64,000 nt of DNA from Phormidesmis sp. (GTDB taxonomy: Bacteria; Cyanobacteriota; Cyanobacteriia; Leptolyngbyales; Leptolyngbyaceae). Shown here in pieces: positions 31,594 to 41,053 of this stretch. The notes under the pieces were generated by a model. That model saw nothing but the letters and a program-made list of their open reading frames with translations. It was not told the DNA's origin and ran no database searches. Location of the stretch: positions 1,056,001 through 1,120,000 of the forward strand of contig CBDFJR010000002.1 in the NCBI GenBank assembly GCA_965248535.1. The letters run 5' to 3'. The position numbers and the translations under genes were made by a program. Numbering within the stretch: the first letter of the stretch is position 1; the number at the start of each line of letters is the position of its first letter.

Positions 31594-32373
31594 CTACACA
31601 AACCGAGTTAGCTCAACTCGATAGCGATCTTTTTTAGTCACCATCATGTCGCCCACTTCGACTCGCCCTTTGCCGCGAATGGCGATCAAGTCACCGGGCT
31701 TGACCGTGTAGCTGGTGGAGTTGATGTCTTTCCAGTTGACTCGCACATCACCTGCCGAGATCAAGTCTGCCATCTTGCTGCGCGACATGCCAAACCCGGC
31801 CGAGGCGATCGCGTCTAATCGCATTGACGCTTCGACGGTGGTCAGTTCTTTTTTCTTGGGTTCTCGAATTTTAAGCTCGCTGAGGGGGATGGGCTGCACC
31901 TTGACAGGCACCGATCGCACTTGGGTCAAACTAGCCTGAAAGAACTCAACTAAGTCAGCAACGACAATCGCTTGGGCACCGCGTTCACCCAGCACGATGA
32001 TGTCACCCACTTTCTCGCGCACAATGCCTGTCCCCAAAATGGCCCCTAAAAAATCCCGGTGACTGGCGGGGTCAAAGAGAAAGTTTCCGGCAATATTCAG
32101 CACCACGATCTCGACTTGCTCGATCGAGAGGGGCAACTCTGATCGGGCGATCGCCAGTCGCTGCCGCTCGGCTTGGGGGTAGCCACCCCAGGCTACCATC
32201 TGCACATCGGTCAAGCGCTCAAACGATCGCTGAATCTCAGCAATTTCGGGCGGCGAATAAAAGTCAGTCATGACCACATTCCAGGTTTTGATCGCCTGCT
32301 CTGCCTGGTCAATGACTCTGACGACACTCTCTCGATTTTCGACACCTTTTAACAGGTCTTCCTTTGGCAACAT
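31594..32373 (-). CDS. photosystem II S4 domain protein (YlmH/Sll1252 family)
   Basis: GGYPQAERQR, HRDFLGA, S4 domain RLDAIASAGFGMSRSK. Confidence 0.93.
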   Translation of the reverse strand: MLPKEDLLKGVENRESVVRVIDQAEQAIKTWNVVMTDFYSPPEIAEIQRSFERLTDVQMVAWGGYPQAERQRLAIARSELPLSIEQVEIVVLNIAGNFLFDPASHRDFLGAILGTGIVREKVGDIIVLGERGAQAIVVADLVEFFQASLTQVRSVPVKVQPIPLSELKIREPKKKELTTVEASMRLDAIASAGFGMSRSKMADLISAGDVRVNWKDINSTSYTVKPGDLIAIRGKGRVEVGDMMVTKKDRYRVELTRFV

Positions 32374-32457
32374 GAAAACTAATCGTTCTTAGAAACCTTC
32401 ATTCTAGCGACTAACGGCAAATCACTCGCCCCCTGCTAATCTAAAACTGGGAAGCCC

Positions 32458-32988
32458 ATGTCGAGAGTTTTTATGAATTATCTGGTGGCCGTGCTCAACG
32501 ATCGCATTCAGGCAGAAGCCGCTTATTCGGCGCTAGAAACAGACGGATTGCCGATGGACAAGGTATCTATTTTGGGCAGAGGCTATAAAAGTGCTGATGA
32601 ATATGGCTTGATTGACCCCAATGAGCAAGCCGGAAAACAAGCTAAGGGAATGGCCGTTTGGCTGGTGCCGTTTGGGTTTGCGGCGGGCTTATCGTTTAAC
32701 TACATCACCAAGCTGGATACGTTCCCGTGGGCGGGTGAGATTGGCAATCAGCTAATTGGGGGGGTGCTGGGCGCGATCGGGGGCGCAATGGGCAGCTTTT
32801 TTATTGGCGGCGGTGTGGGGCTGGTGGTCGGGGGTGGCGATGCGTTGCCCTACCGCAATCGCCTCAGCGCTGGCAAATATCTGGTGGTAGTCAAAGGGTC
32901 AGATGCTCTGACTCGCAAAGCCACCAACATTTTGCGCCAATTTGAGCCAGAAAACCTGCAAGGCTATTTCGATGCCAGCGATGTTTAG
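32458..32988 (+). CDS. conserved hypothetical membrane protein
   Basis: YLVAVL.DRIQAEAAY, Gly-rich TM pair, YRNRL.AGKYLVVV. Confidence 0.85.
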   Translation: MSRVFMNYLVAVLNDRIQAEAAYSALETDGLPMDKVSILGRGYKSADEYGLIDPNEQAGKQAKGMAVWLVPFGFAAGLSFNYITKLDTFPWAGEIGNQLIGGVLGAIGGAMGSFFIGGGVGLVVGGGDALPYRNRLSAGKYLVVVKGSDALTRKATNILRQFEPENLQGYFDASDV

Positions 32989-33107
32989 AATCGGCTGGAA
33001 TCACAGGCTGCGGCGATGGGGAGACTGCGATGCAATGCCCCGACCAGAGCGGACTTTTCGGAGTGATTTAATCTACGTCCTGCCCATCTATCCTATCTAG
33101 AAGCGCG

Positions 33108-34121
33108 ATGAAAGCTTGGGAAGTTCATGCCAACCAAGGGCTAGAGGCATTGGTGCTGGTTGATCGATCAGAGCCTCAACTCAAAGCCGGACAGGTGCTG
33201 ATCAAGATGCGTGCTTGGTCACTCAACTATCGAGACTTGCTGACGGTCAAAGGAGCCTATGGCTCTCGACAAAAACTTCCGTTCATTCCCCTGTCGGATG
33301 GGGTGGGTGAGGTGGTCGCGATCGCCGCAGGTGTGACGCGGGTCAGCGTTGGCGATCGGGTTGCCGGAATTTTTATGCAAACCTGGCGATCGGGGGAGTT
33401 GTCGGCCGAAAAATCAAAATCAGCCCTGGGCGGCGCGATCGACGGGGTGCTAGCTGAATATGTGGCCCTGCACGAAAATGGCGTTGTCCACGTTCCTGCT
33501 TATCTAACCGATGAGGAGGCGGCAACGCTTCCCTGCGCGGCTGTCACAGCCTGGCACGCGCTGATCGTGTCGGGTCAGCTAAAGCCAGGTGACACGGTTT
33601 TAACCTTGGGCACTGGGGGAGCTTCTATCTTTGCCCTTCAGTTTGCCAAACTCGTCGGCGCACGGGTGATCATTACGTCTAGCAGTGACGAAAAATTAGC
33701 GCGATCGCGCCTGCTGGGTGCCTCTGACGGCATCAACTATCTCACCACTCCTGACTGGGATCAAGCTGTTTGGAACATTACCCATAAAGTTGGCGTTGAC
33801 CATGTGGTTGAAGTGGGCGGAGCGGGCACCTTAAATCGATCTTTACGCGCTGTCAGAATGGGAGGGCAAGTGAGTTTGTTTGGGGTGTTGTCTGGCTCAC
33901 AAGGCGATATTAGCACCGTGACTATTTTGCAAAAAAATATTCGACTCCAAGGGATCTATGTGGGCAGTCGCGATATGTTTGAAGCGATGAATCGAGCGAT
34001 CGCGCTTCATCAATTGAAACCTGTGGTCGATCGGGTCTTTTTGTTTACGGAAACCCGCGAAGCTCTGCGTTATTTAGAGAGTGGTGCTCACTTTGGCAAG
34101 GTTTGTTTAAAGCTTTCATAA
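33108..34121 (+). CDS. zinc-binding-type NAD(P)-dependent alcohol dehydrogenase family (MDR)
   Basis: SLNYRD, PLSDGVG, LPCAAVTAW, GTGG, HFGKV. Confidence 0.93.
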   Translation: MKAWEVHANQGLEALVLVDRSEPQLKAGQVLIKMRAWSLNYRDLLTVKGAYGSRQKLPFIPLSDGVGEVVAIAAGVTRVSVGDRVAGIFMQTWRSGELSAEKSKSALGGAIDGVLAEYVALHENGVVHVPAYLTDEEAATLPCAAVTAWHALIVSGQLKPGDTVLTLGTGGASIFALQFAKLVGARVIITSSSDEKLARSRLLGASDGINYLTTPDWDQAVWNITHKVGVDHVVEVGGAGTLNRSLRAVRMGGQVSLFGVLSGSQGDISTVTILQKNIRLQGIYVGSRDMFEAMNRAIALHQLKPVVDRVFLFTETREALRYLESGAHFGKVCLKLS

Positions 34122-34578
34122 AGATAGAGAGCAAATCTTTGGGTCAGGGTTTACGACTTTAATTAAGACGGATAAAGTCTTGATATAGAGAGTGTAATTG
34201 GTAGAATAATGCGCTAACTTACTAGAGACCGAGAGTTTGACCTGCCTTCAAAGACTCTCATAGGCCCTACCAACTTCTACCAATCTTTCACGTTTAAACA
34301 AAGCTTTTGCAAGCGCGAAAAGGGTGCATTGACTATAACTCTCAGGGTGTAAATGTTCTCTTGGTGGATACCCCGATCGACAAGCGTTTGTTGATCCCAA
34401 GGTTTTTACACTGATCGCCATCAAAGTAGTGTGAAGCTCCTTTGTACAGTCTTATGTAGCGTTGATATAGTTAACCCGCAGTGCATCGTTGATCGGGTAT
34501 AAGGCGCTACATTGTCGTCCTGTAGATGTTTTCTCTAATCTTTTGGTTTTCGTCGTGTTGAAAAATAGCCCTATCGCA

Positions 34579-35658
34579 ATGACTTTAAGAGTGCAGTTTT
34601 TAAGCGCCCCCCGATCTGACCGCCGTCTTTCTGGTGTTTCTGTGATGAGTGATCAAACTCGAAAATCGTCTCAAAGATCTGATCTTCAGTCCAAAATTGC
34701 GGTAGGAGTGCTGGCTGGCTGGCTGATGAGCAACGTCTCAGCCCAAGCGATCGCGGCAGATCTCTCGATCGGCAATGGTGGCATCAAATTCAATCGTGAC
34801 ACCACCCTTGAGCCAAGCTTTTTAGAGTCTCATGGAGCCTACCAGTCTACGTTTGGGGTGATTAACCGTGACACCAACGAAAAGACCCCCCTACTGGTAG
34901 AAGTTAAGCCTGCTGATAGCGTTACTCCGGTGGGTCGCCCCTCGACTCGATCGAACGATCGCAGCACCCGGTTAGATTTTCTTGGCACTCCTGGAAACGC
35001 CGTCCCGCAACCGATCTCAAAATTCAAGTTTCGGGCTAACAACAACTATGTTTTCTATTTAGAATCGACCCTCAACGGTCGCCCTTCGGGAATTGTCTAC
35101 TCCACCGACACCCTCAACCCCAACAAAGAACGGCAAGTTGTTTTTGCGGGTCAACCAGCCGACCTGTGCAACCCCGGCGGGATGATGTTGGCGTGGGACG
35201 ACACTGGCTCAAAGCTGGTCAGATCTCGCCAGCAGCAAGATCGCGATTTTGATGACTTCATTGTTCGACTTCGTGATAGTGCCTGTGCACCGGGAGCAAG
35301 TGAGCCTCCGGGTGTGATAGGCAGTGGCACCTCTGGCGGCTCACTCCCCGGTGGGGCTGGTGGAGGCACTCCGGGCGGAGGGGGCGGACTGATTGGTCTA
35401 GGGTTACTAGGGGGCGCGATCGCGCTTATAGCTTCTGGTGACCATCACCACGATTCCTCTAAATCGACCTCTCCACCAGGAACCCTTCCTCCGGTGACCT
35501 CTCCACCAGGGACAACCCCTCCGGTGAAGCCGCCTGGCGGTGCTCCTCCTCCTGGAGAGCCAATTCCCACTCCCTCAACGTTTTTGGGGTCTACGATGGC
35601 GCTGGGTTTCGTTGCGTTGATGAGACGACGACAAGGCAAACGCCCGCGGAAACAATAG
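34579..35658 (+). CDS. secreted DUF4114-like protein with PEP-CTERM-type (IPTP) sorting tail; start uncertain (34579 or 34645)
   Basis: signal-like segment ending AQAIA, DRDFDDFIVR motif, Gly/Pro linker, C-terminal PIPTPSTFLG-TM-RRRQGKR. Confidence 0.8.
   Translation: MTLRVQFLSAPRSDRRLSGVSVMSDQTRKSSQRSDLQSKIAVGVLAGWLMSNVSAQAIAADLSIGNGGIKFNRDTTLEPSFLESHGAYQSTFGVINRDTNEKTPLLVEVKPADSVTPVGRPSTRSNDRSTRLDFLGTPGNAVPQPISKFKFRANNNYVFYLESTLNGRPSGIVYSTDTLNPNKERQVVFAGQPADLCNPGGMMLAWDDTGSKLVRSRQQQDRDFDDFIVRLRDSACAPGASEPPGVIGSGTSGGSLPGGAGGGTPGGGGGLIGLGLLGGAIALIASGDHHHDSSKSTSPPGTLPPVTSPPGTTPPVKPPGGAPPPGEPIPTPSTFLGSTMALGFVALMRRRQGKRPRKQ
35466..35525 (+). repeat. 30-bp tandem duplication in Pro-rich linker
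   Basis: GACCTCTCCACCAGG...CCTCCGGT twice (TSPPGTLPPV / TSPPGTTPPV). Confidence 0.85.
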
Positions 35659-35661
35659 GCG

Positions 35662-35696
35662 CAGCAGGGGTGATCGGGGCGATCAGTCCCCTGCTG
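35662..35696 (+). terminator. stem-loop after the PEP-CTERM gene
   Basis: CAGCAGGGG-TGATCG...CGATCA-GT-CCCCTGCTG; no strong U tail. Confidence 0.5.
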
Positions 35697-36089
35697 TTAG
35701 AGATTTTGTCCTATGAGCAGCAGCTTCAATTTACGATCGATTACCCGATCAACCCCAATGACCCCAGAGAGTTGTCAGAGATTCCAGAAGTGCGCTTGTG
35801 GTTTATTCGCTGTGATGCGCTCTATCCCTGGTTGCCTTTCTTAATCGACTGGAAGGCTGGAGAGTTGGGTCGCTATACGGCGATGCTCGTGCCCCATCAG
35901 TTTCACCCCAAAGAGGGCATTCAATACAACCCAGAAGCCCTAGAGATTTTTGTGATGAGCAAGACGTTTGTGCTGATGAATTGGCTCAGGCACCAAGGCA
36001 TTGAGAGCCGATCGCGCCTCAAATCTATGACCCAGATGTTGGGCTATGAGCTAGATGACGCATTTTTTGACCTGCTAATCGAGACTTAA
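35670..36089 (+). CDS. CRR6 family NdhI maturation factor (DUF1817), possibly 5'-truncated
   Basis: DPRELSEIPEVRLWFIR, YPW, AMLVPHQF, NPEALEIF. Confidence 0.85.
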   Translation: MIGAISPLLLEILSYEQQLQFTIDYPINPNDPRELSEIPEVRLWFIRCDALYPWLPFLIDWKAGELGRYTAMLVPHQFHPKEGIQYNPEALEIFVMSKTFVLMNWLRHQGIESRSRLKSMTQMLGYELDDAFFDLLIET

Positions 36090-36215
36090 TATTGGCGTGG
36101 GGAGTTTTAGAAGGCCTTCTCTAGGCTGAGTTTTAACGACTCTGGCGACGTGACGCTGAGGATTAGGCAGTGCTGGCAGGTTTCCTCATCATCGACCAAT
36201 CAACTCCGAGCTTCC

Positions 36216-38156
36216 TCACCGAGTGGTTTGCATCAGATTGAAAGCTGTATCCAGCAACGGCAACGCCCGCTCTGGCTTTTGGTTGCGGATAAAGTATTGG
36301 GCGATGTCGGTGAGTGCAGTGGCTTGAATCTCAGGTTGCTGAATTGATCGAGACATCTCAAGCGCCTTGTTAAGGCTTCTCGCATTAAGATATCCGTTGA
36401 CAACTTCTAGCCTTGCCCGTTCTTTCACTCTCAAATCACGAATAGTAGGTACGATCTCCAGAGATTTTGCAGGATTACCCACCTGAGCGTAAGCGGTTAC
36501 AACTCTGTAGAGCGCTGCGGATTGTAAATCAGTATCCCAAGATTTATCAGGAGGGGCTTCAGAGGCTTGATTCGCGAGGCTATGAATACGATCGATCAAC
36601 TGTTCAGCGCCGTTTAAATCTTTTAGTTCGCGATAGATCTCTACCGTCTCCAACATGACTCGCAATGAGTCCTCCTGAGCGTACTGGTTGCGATCGAGCT
36701 TCTCAGGAAACAGAGCAACCGCCTTGTTGAGAAACGCTAGGGCTTGGGTGCGGTTCCGCCTGCCTTGATAGAACTTTGATAACTGCATCAGTGCCCACTG
36801 TTTATCATTAGGGTCTTGAATCTGCTGGACAAGTTGAATCGCCTGCTGGTCTTTGTCGATCGATAGGTAGCTGGTTAAAACTGCTCCCATCGCTCCTTTA
36901 CTCCCTTCTCGCATCACTCGGCTATATAGCTCTGCGGAGCGTTTTTGGTTGCCCTGACGAGCATAAAGATTGGCGATGCCCAACAGCAACGCCTGCTGAT
37001 TGCTATCTCCATTTGCGAGTTGGTTTGTGAGCTTGAGCGCCTGGGTTAGATTACTAGCTCCTGCCTGATAGCTGGCAATCTCCGCGATCGCCTGGGACTG
37101 AATGCCCGCCACATTTGCAGCATATCGTGACGTGATTTTTGGGACTAGCTGAAGCGACTGAGCAAATACCTGATCCGATTTGGCTTTTTGTCCAGCTTTT
37201 TGATATCCCATCGCGACAGCAGCCAGGTATCTCACTCGATCGTCCACATCCTCAAACTTATTTGCCAATAACTCAACCCGCTTCAATGCTTGATTACGAA
37301 TCTGACGACCTTCATAACTACAAGGATCAGAACAGGTTGCAGCAATTTTGAGCAGCGCGCTGATTTGATGAGTGGACGGCTTAAGATCTTCACTGTCTCG
37401 GAGAATATCGGAGCCTTGCAAACGTTGCGCCACCTCAAAGGCATTCTGGTACTGTTGCTTCGCTAGGTAATAGCCGATTAAACTCTGGTAATTTTCATCA
37501 AGCCACCTATCGTTTCTCCTCACAAGCTGTTTGGTTGCCAGCCATCGGTCTTGCAGGGTGTTGAATTGGTCAATCATCTTCAACGCCTCGCGCAGGCGAT
37601 TTTGTTTGAGATAGGCATTGACTAGACTCTTAAACGCATCTGCCGAAAAAGAGATGTCGGTATGAGCCATTTTCGTGATGACTAGGCTTGCGGCTTCATC
37701 GACTCGATTTTGCTCCAGCAGACTTTGCACAATCCGATAGTAAGTGCTGTCTAACAAAAAGCTCTTATATTTCTGTGGAAAGGATTGAGCAATCAAGGCT
37801 TCTGCGGCTTGAGGGTTATCTTGCCAATTTGATGTTCCTGCAATCTTCGACAACAGCCGATCTTGGGCATATTGATCGAGTTTTGCTAGAGCTATCTCAA
37901 ACTTCTCCAGTTGATTAACCTGGTAGTATCCATAGGCGATGCCAACAAATGGGGAGTCTATGGATTCTATGCTCGTGAAAATGCCTCGCGCTCCAATAGC
38001 ATCTTTAGGCAGGTCAATTTGTGCCAGTTGATCCGGTGCGATAGGATAGCGTGACTGAATAAGGTCAGCCGTAGCGGCTAGCGATGTCTGATAAAACAGG
38101 GCAATATTAGGAAGACTGGCAAGCAGGACTCCGAGAAGCAGGCGACGCAACAGCAT
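36216..38156 (-). CDS. secreted TPR-like helical repeat protein
   Basis: signal peptide MLLRRLLLGVLLA..., repeated A..Y...G...A/L helical motifs; start ATG 38156 chosen. Confidence 0.8.
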   Translation of the reverse strand: MLLRRLLLGVLLASLPNIALFYQTSLAATADLIQSRYPIAPDQLAQIDLPKDAIGARGIFTSIESIDSPFVGIAYGYYQVNQLEKFEIALAKLDQYAQDRLLSKIAGTSNWQDNPQAAEALIAQSFPQKYKSFLLDSTYYRIVQSLLEQNRVDEAASLVITKMAHTDISFSADAFKSLVNAYLKQNRLREALKMIDQFNTLQDRWLATKQLVRRNDRWLDENYQSLIGYYLAKQQYQNAFEVAQRLQGSDILRDSEDLKPSTHQISALLKIAATCSDPCSYEGRQIRNQALKRVELLANKFEDVDDRVRYLAAVAMGYQKAGQKAKSDQVFAQSLQLVPKITSRYAANVAGIQSQAIAEIASYQAGASNLTQALKLTNQLANGDSNQQALLLGIANLYARQGNQKRSAELYSRVMREGSKGAMGAVLTSYLSIDKDQQAIQLVQQIQDPNDKQWALMQLSKFYQGRRNRTQALAFLNKAVALFPEKLDRNQYAQEDSLRVMLETVEIYRELKDLNGAEQLIDRIHSLANQASEAPPDKSWDTDLQSAALYRVVTAYAQVGNPAKSLEIVPTIRDLRVKERARLEVVNGYLNARSLNKALEMSRSIQQPEIQATALTDIAQYFIRNQKPERALPLLDTAFNLMQTTR

Positions 38157-38245
38157 AATAATGGGAAATTGAGCCGAGATAGAGAGCGGTTGAAAATACG
38201 GGTGAAACAGTGCCAAACTCTAGAGCTAAGACAATCCTCTTCCTT

Positions 38246-38737
38246 CTAGCGATAGTTGTTAAACTGCAACGCCATGGGATAGTCTTCTTGCCTTAGTCGC
38301 TGCATGACAGCTTGCAGGTCGTCCTTATCCTTGGCAGACACGCGCACCGCGTCGCCCTGAATCGAGCCTTGCACCTTTTTAAACTCGTCTCGAATCAGCT
38401 TTGTGATCTGCTTGGCGACTTCTTGGCTGATGCCTTTTTTGAGCTTGATTTCTTGCCGAACTCGATTGCCGCTGGCTGACTCGACTTTGCCATAGTCAAA
38501 AATCTTTAGCGACAAATTACGCTTGGCAGATTTGATCTGCAAAATCGTCTGAATGGCATCTAGAGTAAATTCGCTGTCGGTGCTGACGACGATCGCATCT
38601 TCACCCAACTCCAGCGTCGTTTTAGTGTCTTTGAGATCATAGCGAGCGATGATTTCGCGATTGGTTTGGTCAACCGCGTTGACGAGTTCTTGGCGATCGA
38701 AGTCACTAACCACATCAAAAGAAAAATTAGAAGCCAT
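38246..38737 (-). CDS. yajQ: YajQ family nucleotide/c-di-GMP-binding protein
   Basis: [30 protein letters not shown]. Confidence 0.95.
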   Translation of the reverse strand: MASNFSFDVVSDFDRQELVNAVDQTNREIIARYDLKDTKTTLELGEDAIVVSTDSEFTLDAIQTILQIKSAKRNLSLKIFDYGKVESASGNRVRQEIKLKKGISQEVAKQITKLIRDEFKKVQGSIQGDAVRVSAKDKDDLQAVMQRLRQEDYPMALQFNNYR

Positions 38738-38773
38738 AGGAAAATAAGGGACAGGGGACAGGGCAACAAACCA

Positions 38774-39205
38774 CTATCCTTTAATGGTGCTGGCAATGCT
38801 CGCGGCAATCAAGGTAAAAATGCACGTTGAGCCAAGGGCAAACATTAAAGAACGGACAATAGGCACGTTAAAGATGTAGGCGACTGAGTAGATCAGGCGA
38901 ATGGGGAGATAAGCAACGGCTGCCCAAGTGACCGACTCAGAGGTTTGACCCGTCACATAAGCCATCAGCGCCGCGACGCTAAACAGCATAAACGACTCCC
39001 ACGAGTTTTGATGGGCCCAGGTTGCCCGTTGACCAAAGGCTGGCAGTTTATCAAACGCAGCGCGGGGGGCTGCCATCATTTCTTGGTTATAGCCGATCGT
39101 GACGCGGGCATAGCCCACCACCACAAAAGGCAGATAGACCAAAACGGCAGCGATCGCGATCGCCCCTAACAAGATCGTCGGGGTAGACAGTCCAAACACG
39201 CTCAT
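38774..39205 (-). CDS. MAPEG family protein
   Basis: RATWAHQNSWESF; four TMs. Confidence 0.9.
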   Translation of the reverse strand: MSVFGLSTPTILLGAIAIAAVLVYLPFVVVGYARVTIGYNQEMMAAPRAAFDKLPAFGQRATWAHQNSWESFMLFSVAALMAYVTGQTSESVTWAAVAYLPIRLIYSVAYIFNVPIVRSLMFALGSTCIFTLIAASIASTIKG

Positions 39206-39215
39206 GTCTAATGTC

Positions 39216-39719
39216 CTAATCGAAATAAAATAAGGTCACAATTTTGCGCTGATCTTCTGCATCTTGGCAAGTTTGCAGCAGCGTTCGGCTGTCGTGAAAC
39301 GCAAAACCGATCAACTGCTGACATCGAGAAATGATTTCCTGGTTGCACAGAGCACTGGCTTCGGCAAGAGAAAGGGTGTTGTTCTCAGGGTTTTCGACCA
39401 GGTGCATAACGTTTTCAAGCTGCTCGCGAGATTCGCGAGGCTGGCGATCCATCGTTTGGGGCAAAATCACCGTCAGCAGGCTAGGATCGGCCCGCAGCGC
39501 ACCCCTAATTGCAGCAAAATTGGTTCCGGTAGAGCCGGAGGTTATCAGACGATTTCCTTCTAAAACCAGGGCGTAGCTCATCATCTCAATCAGGTTTTGA
39601 TGAGTGATGGGCACGTGCCGAGAACCCAGCAGGGCGATTCGCTTAGAACCTGTCTGCTGAATGGTGGCTAGCTCTTGTAAAAAATCATCGACTTTGGGTA
39701 GATCGATCGACTGGCTCAA
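39216..39719 (-). CDS. cyanobacterial DprA/Smf-like (DNA recombination-mediator A family) protein
   Basis: IALLGSRH, TSG.TGTN.A.IRGA, FAFHDS, VTLFYFD. Confidence 0.82.
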   Translation of the reverse strand: MSQSIDLPKVDDFLQELATIQQTGSKRIALLGSRHVPITHQNLIEMMSYALVLEGNRLITSGSTGTNFAAIRGALRADPSLLTVILPQTMDRQPRESREQLENVMHLVENPENNTLSLAEASALCNQEIISRCQQLIGFAFHDSRTLLQTCQDAEDQRKIVTLFYFD

Positions 39720-39818
39720 AGACGTATTTAGGGTAACAACGCCGCTATTTTATCAGACACGCTCGTCATCCGAACGTTTTGCCTGTGCGTTGATCGATCC
39801 AAAAGCCGCAAATCCAGA

Positions 39819-40472
39819 TTATTTGGGCTGAATCAAATAGCCGCAGCGATGTTCGCCTTTGACGAGCCAGTGAGTGCGATCGACGCGACAATCTGGCAGC
39901 GCTAGCTCAAACATCTCCAACTCGTGACCGCAAACGCTGGGAAACGACTCGGCGATTTGAGAAATGGCACAGTTATATTCCGTCAGCACAAATTTAGGAT
40001 CGGCATCGAGGTCAATAGTGTGGCATTCTGCCATATAGCCTTCCGATCGCCGCAATTCTACGAGTTTATTGACCCGATCGGGCAAGTCACTCGCCCCTAA
40101 ATTCTCTCGATATTCGATGCCCTTGCGCTCCCACTGTTTGCGGAGAATCAAACTCACCTGATCGCGCCCGACCGTTTCTGCCAGCGTATCGAGGAGCGAA
40201 ACCGCAAACTCATTGTAGCGATCGGGAAACTGCGATCGCCCCTCTCGACTCAGCGTGTAAACATGGTTGGGGCGACCCATGCCCGTCTGCATCGCCTGAT
40301 GCAAGATTAACCCTTCTGTCTCTAGATCTTTGAGGTGACGGCGAATGCCCTGCGGACTCACCTGCAACTGTTCCGCCAAGTCTTGGGCGGTCGATTGACC
40401 CTGCTTTAAAAGGTGATGCAAGATATCTTGTTTTGTCGAGGGCTGTTGAGTCGGGGTCATCTTAAAGCTCAC
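39819..40472 (-). CDS. sufR: Fe-S cluster biogenesis transcriptional repressor SufR
   Basis: N-terminal wHTH (IRRHLKDLE, GRP); EYNCAI...VCGHEL...HRCGY; divergent from suf operon. Confidence 0.95.
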   Translation of the reverse strand: MSFKMTPTQQPSTKQDILHHLLKQGQSTAQDLAEQLQVSPQGIRRHLKDLETEGLILHQAMQTGMGRPNHVYTLSREGRSQFPDRYNEFAVSLLDTLAETVGRDQVSLILRKQWERKGIEYRENLGASDLPDRVNKLVELRRSEGYMAECHTIDLDADPKFVLTEYNCAISQIAESFPSVCGHELEMFELALPDCRVDRTHWLVKGEHRCGYLIQPK

Positions 40473-40501
40473 AGAAATCTAAGACAAAAACTTGACTTAA
40501 A

Positions 40502-40556
40502 CAACGTTATTGTTGCTAAAGTACCCTAGAATGGAAGTTGAGCAACAAAGATGTTG
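40502..40556. promoter_or_regulatory. two SufR operators (CAAC-N6-GTTG)
   Basis: CAACGTTATTGTTG 40502-40515 and CAACAAAGATGTTG 40543-40556. Confidence 0.88.
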
Positions 40557-40597
40557 TTTTAATTATAAGATCTATCGGATGTAGTGTCGTTCTGGTT

Positions 40598-40960
40598 ATG
40601 AATACAGAAACCCCAACCACCCAAGCATCAGATAAAAGCCTCGAAGCGATGAGGCACTTTTCGGAAACCTATGCCAAGCGCACAGGCACTTACTTCTGCG
40701 TCGATCCCGGCGTGACGGCTGTGGTGATCGAAGGGCTTGCCAAGCATAAAGATGACTTGGGCGCGCCCCTTTGCCCCTGTCGTCACTATGAAGACAAAGA
40801 AGCCGAAGTCTCAGCCGCTTATTGGAATTGCCCCTGTGTGCCCATGCGTGAGCGCAAAGAGTGCCACTGTATGCTGTTTCTGACCCCAGACAACGATTTT
40901 GCAGGCGAGATGCAAACCATCACCTTTGACGAAATTCGGACAACGACCAATCACGGCTAA
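40598..40960 (+). CDS. ftrC: ferredoxin-thioredoxin reductase catalytic subunit
   Basis: CPCRHY, WNCPCVPM, ECHCMLF; start ATG 40598. Confidence 0.96.
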   Translation: MNTETPTTQASDKSLEAMRHFSETYAKRTGTYFCVDPGVTAVVIEGLAKHKDDLGAPLCPCRHYEDKEAEVSAAYWNCPCVPMRERKECHCMLFLTPDNDFAGEMQTITFDEIRTTTNHG

Positions 40961-41053
40961 TCGGAGTCAGGAGTCAAGCTATAAGCACTTTTGACTCCTG
41001 ACCTTTAATTCCCAAACCGCTTCCTCACCCTTTGAGAAAAGAGAACACGATCG

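Noticed and set aside
34122..34578. long intergenic region as possible riboswitch or sRNA
   Set aside because: no recognisable aptamer consensus; would need an Rfam/Infernal search
38748..38765. AGGGACA GGGGACA GGGCAA heptamer-like repeat
   Set aside because: only about two units; too short to call
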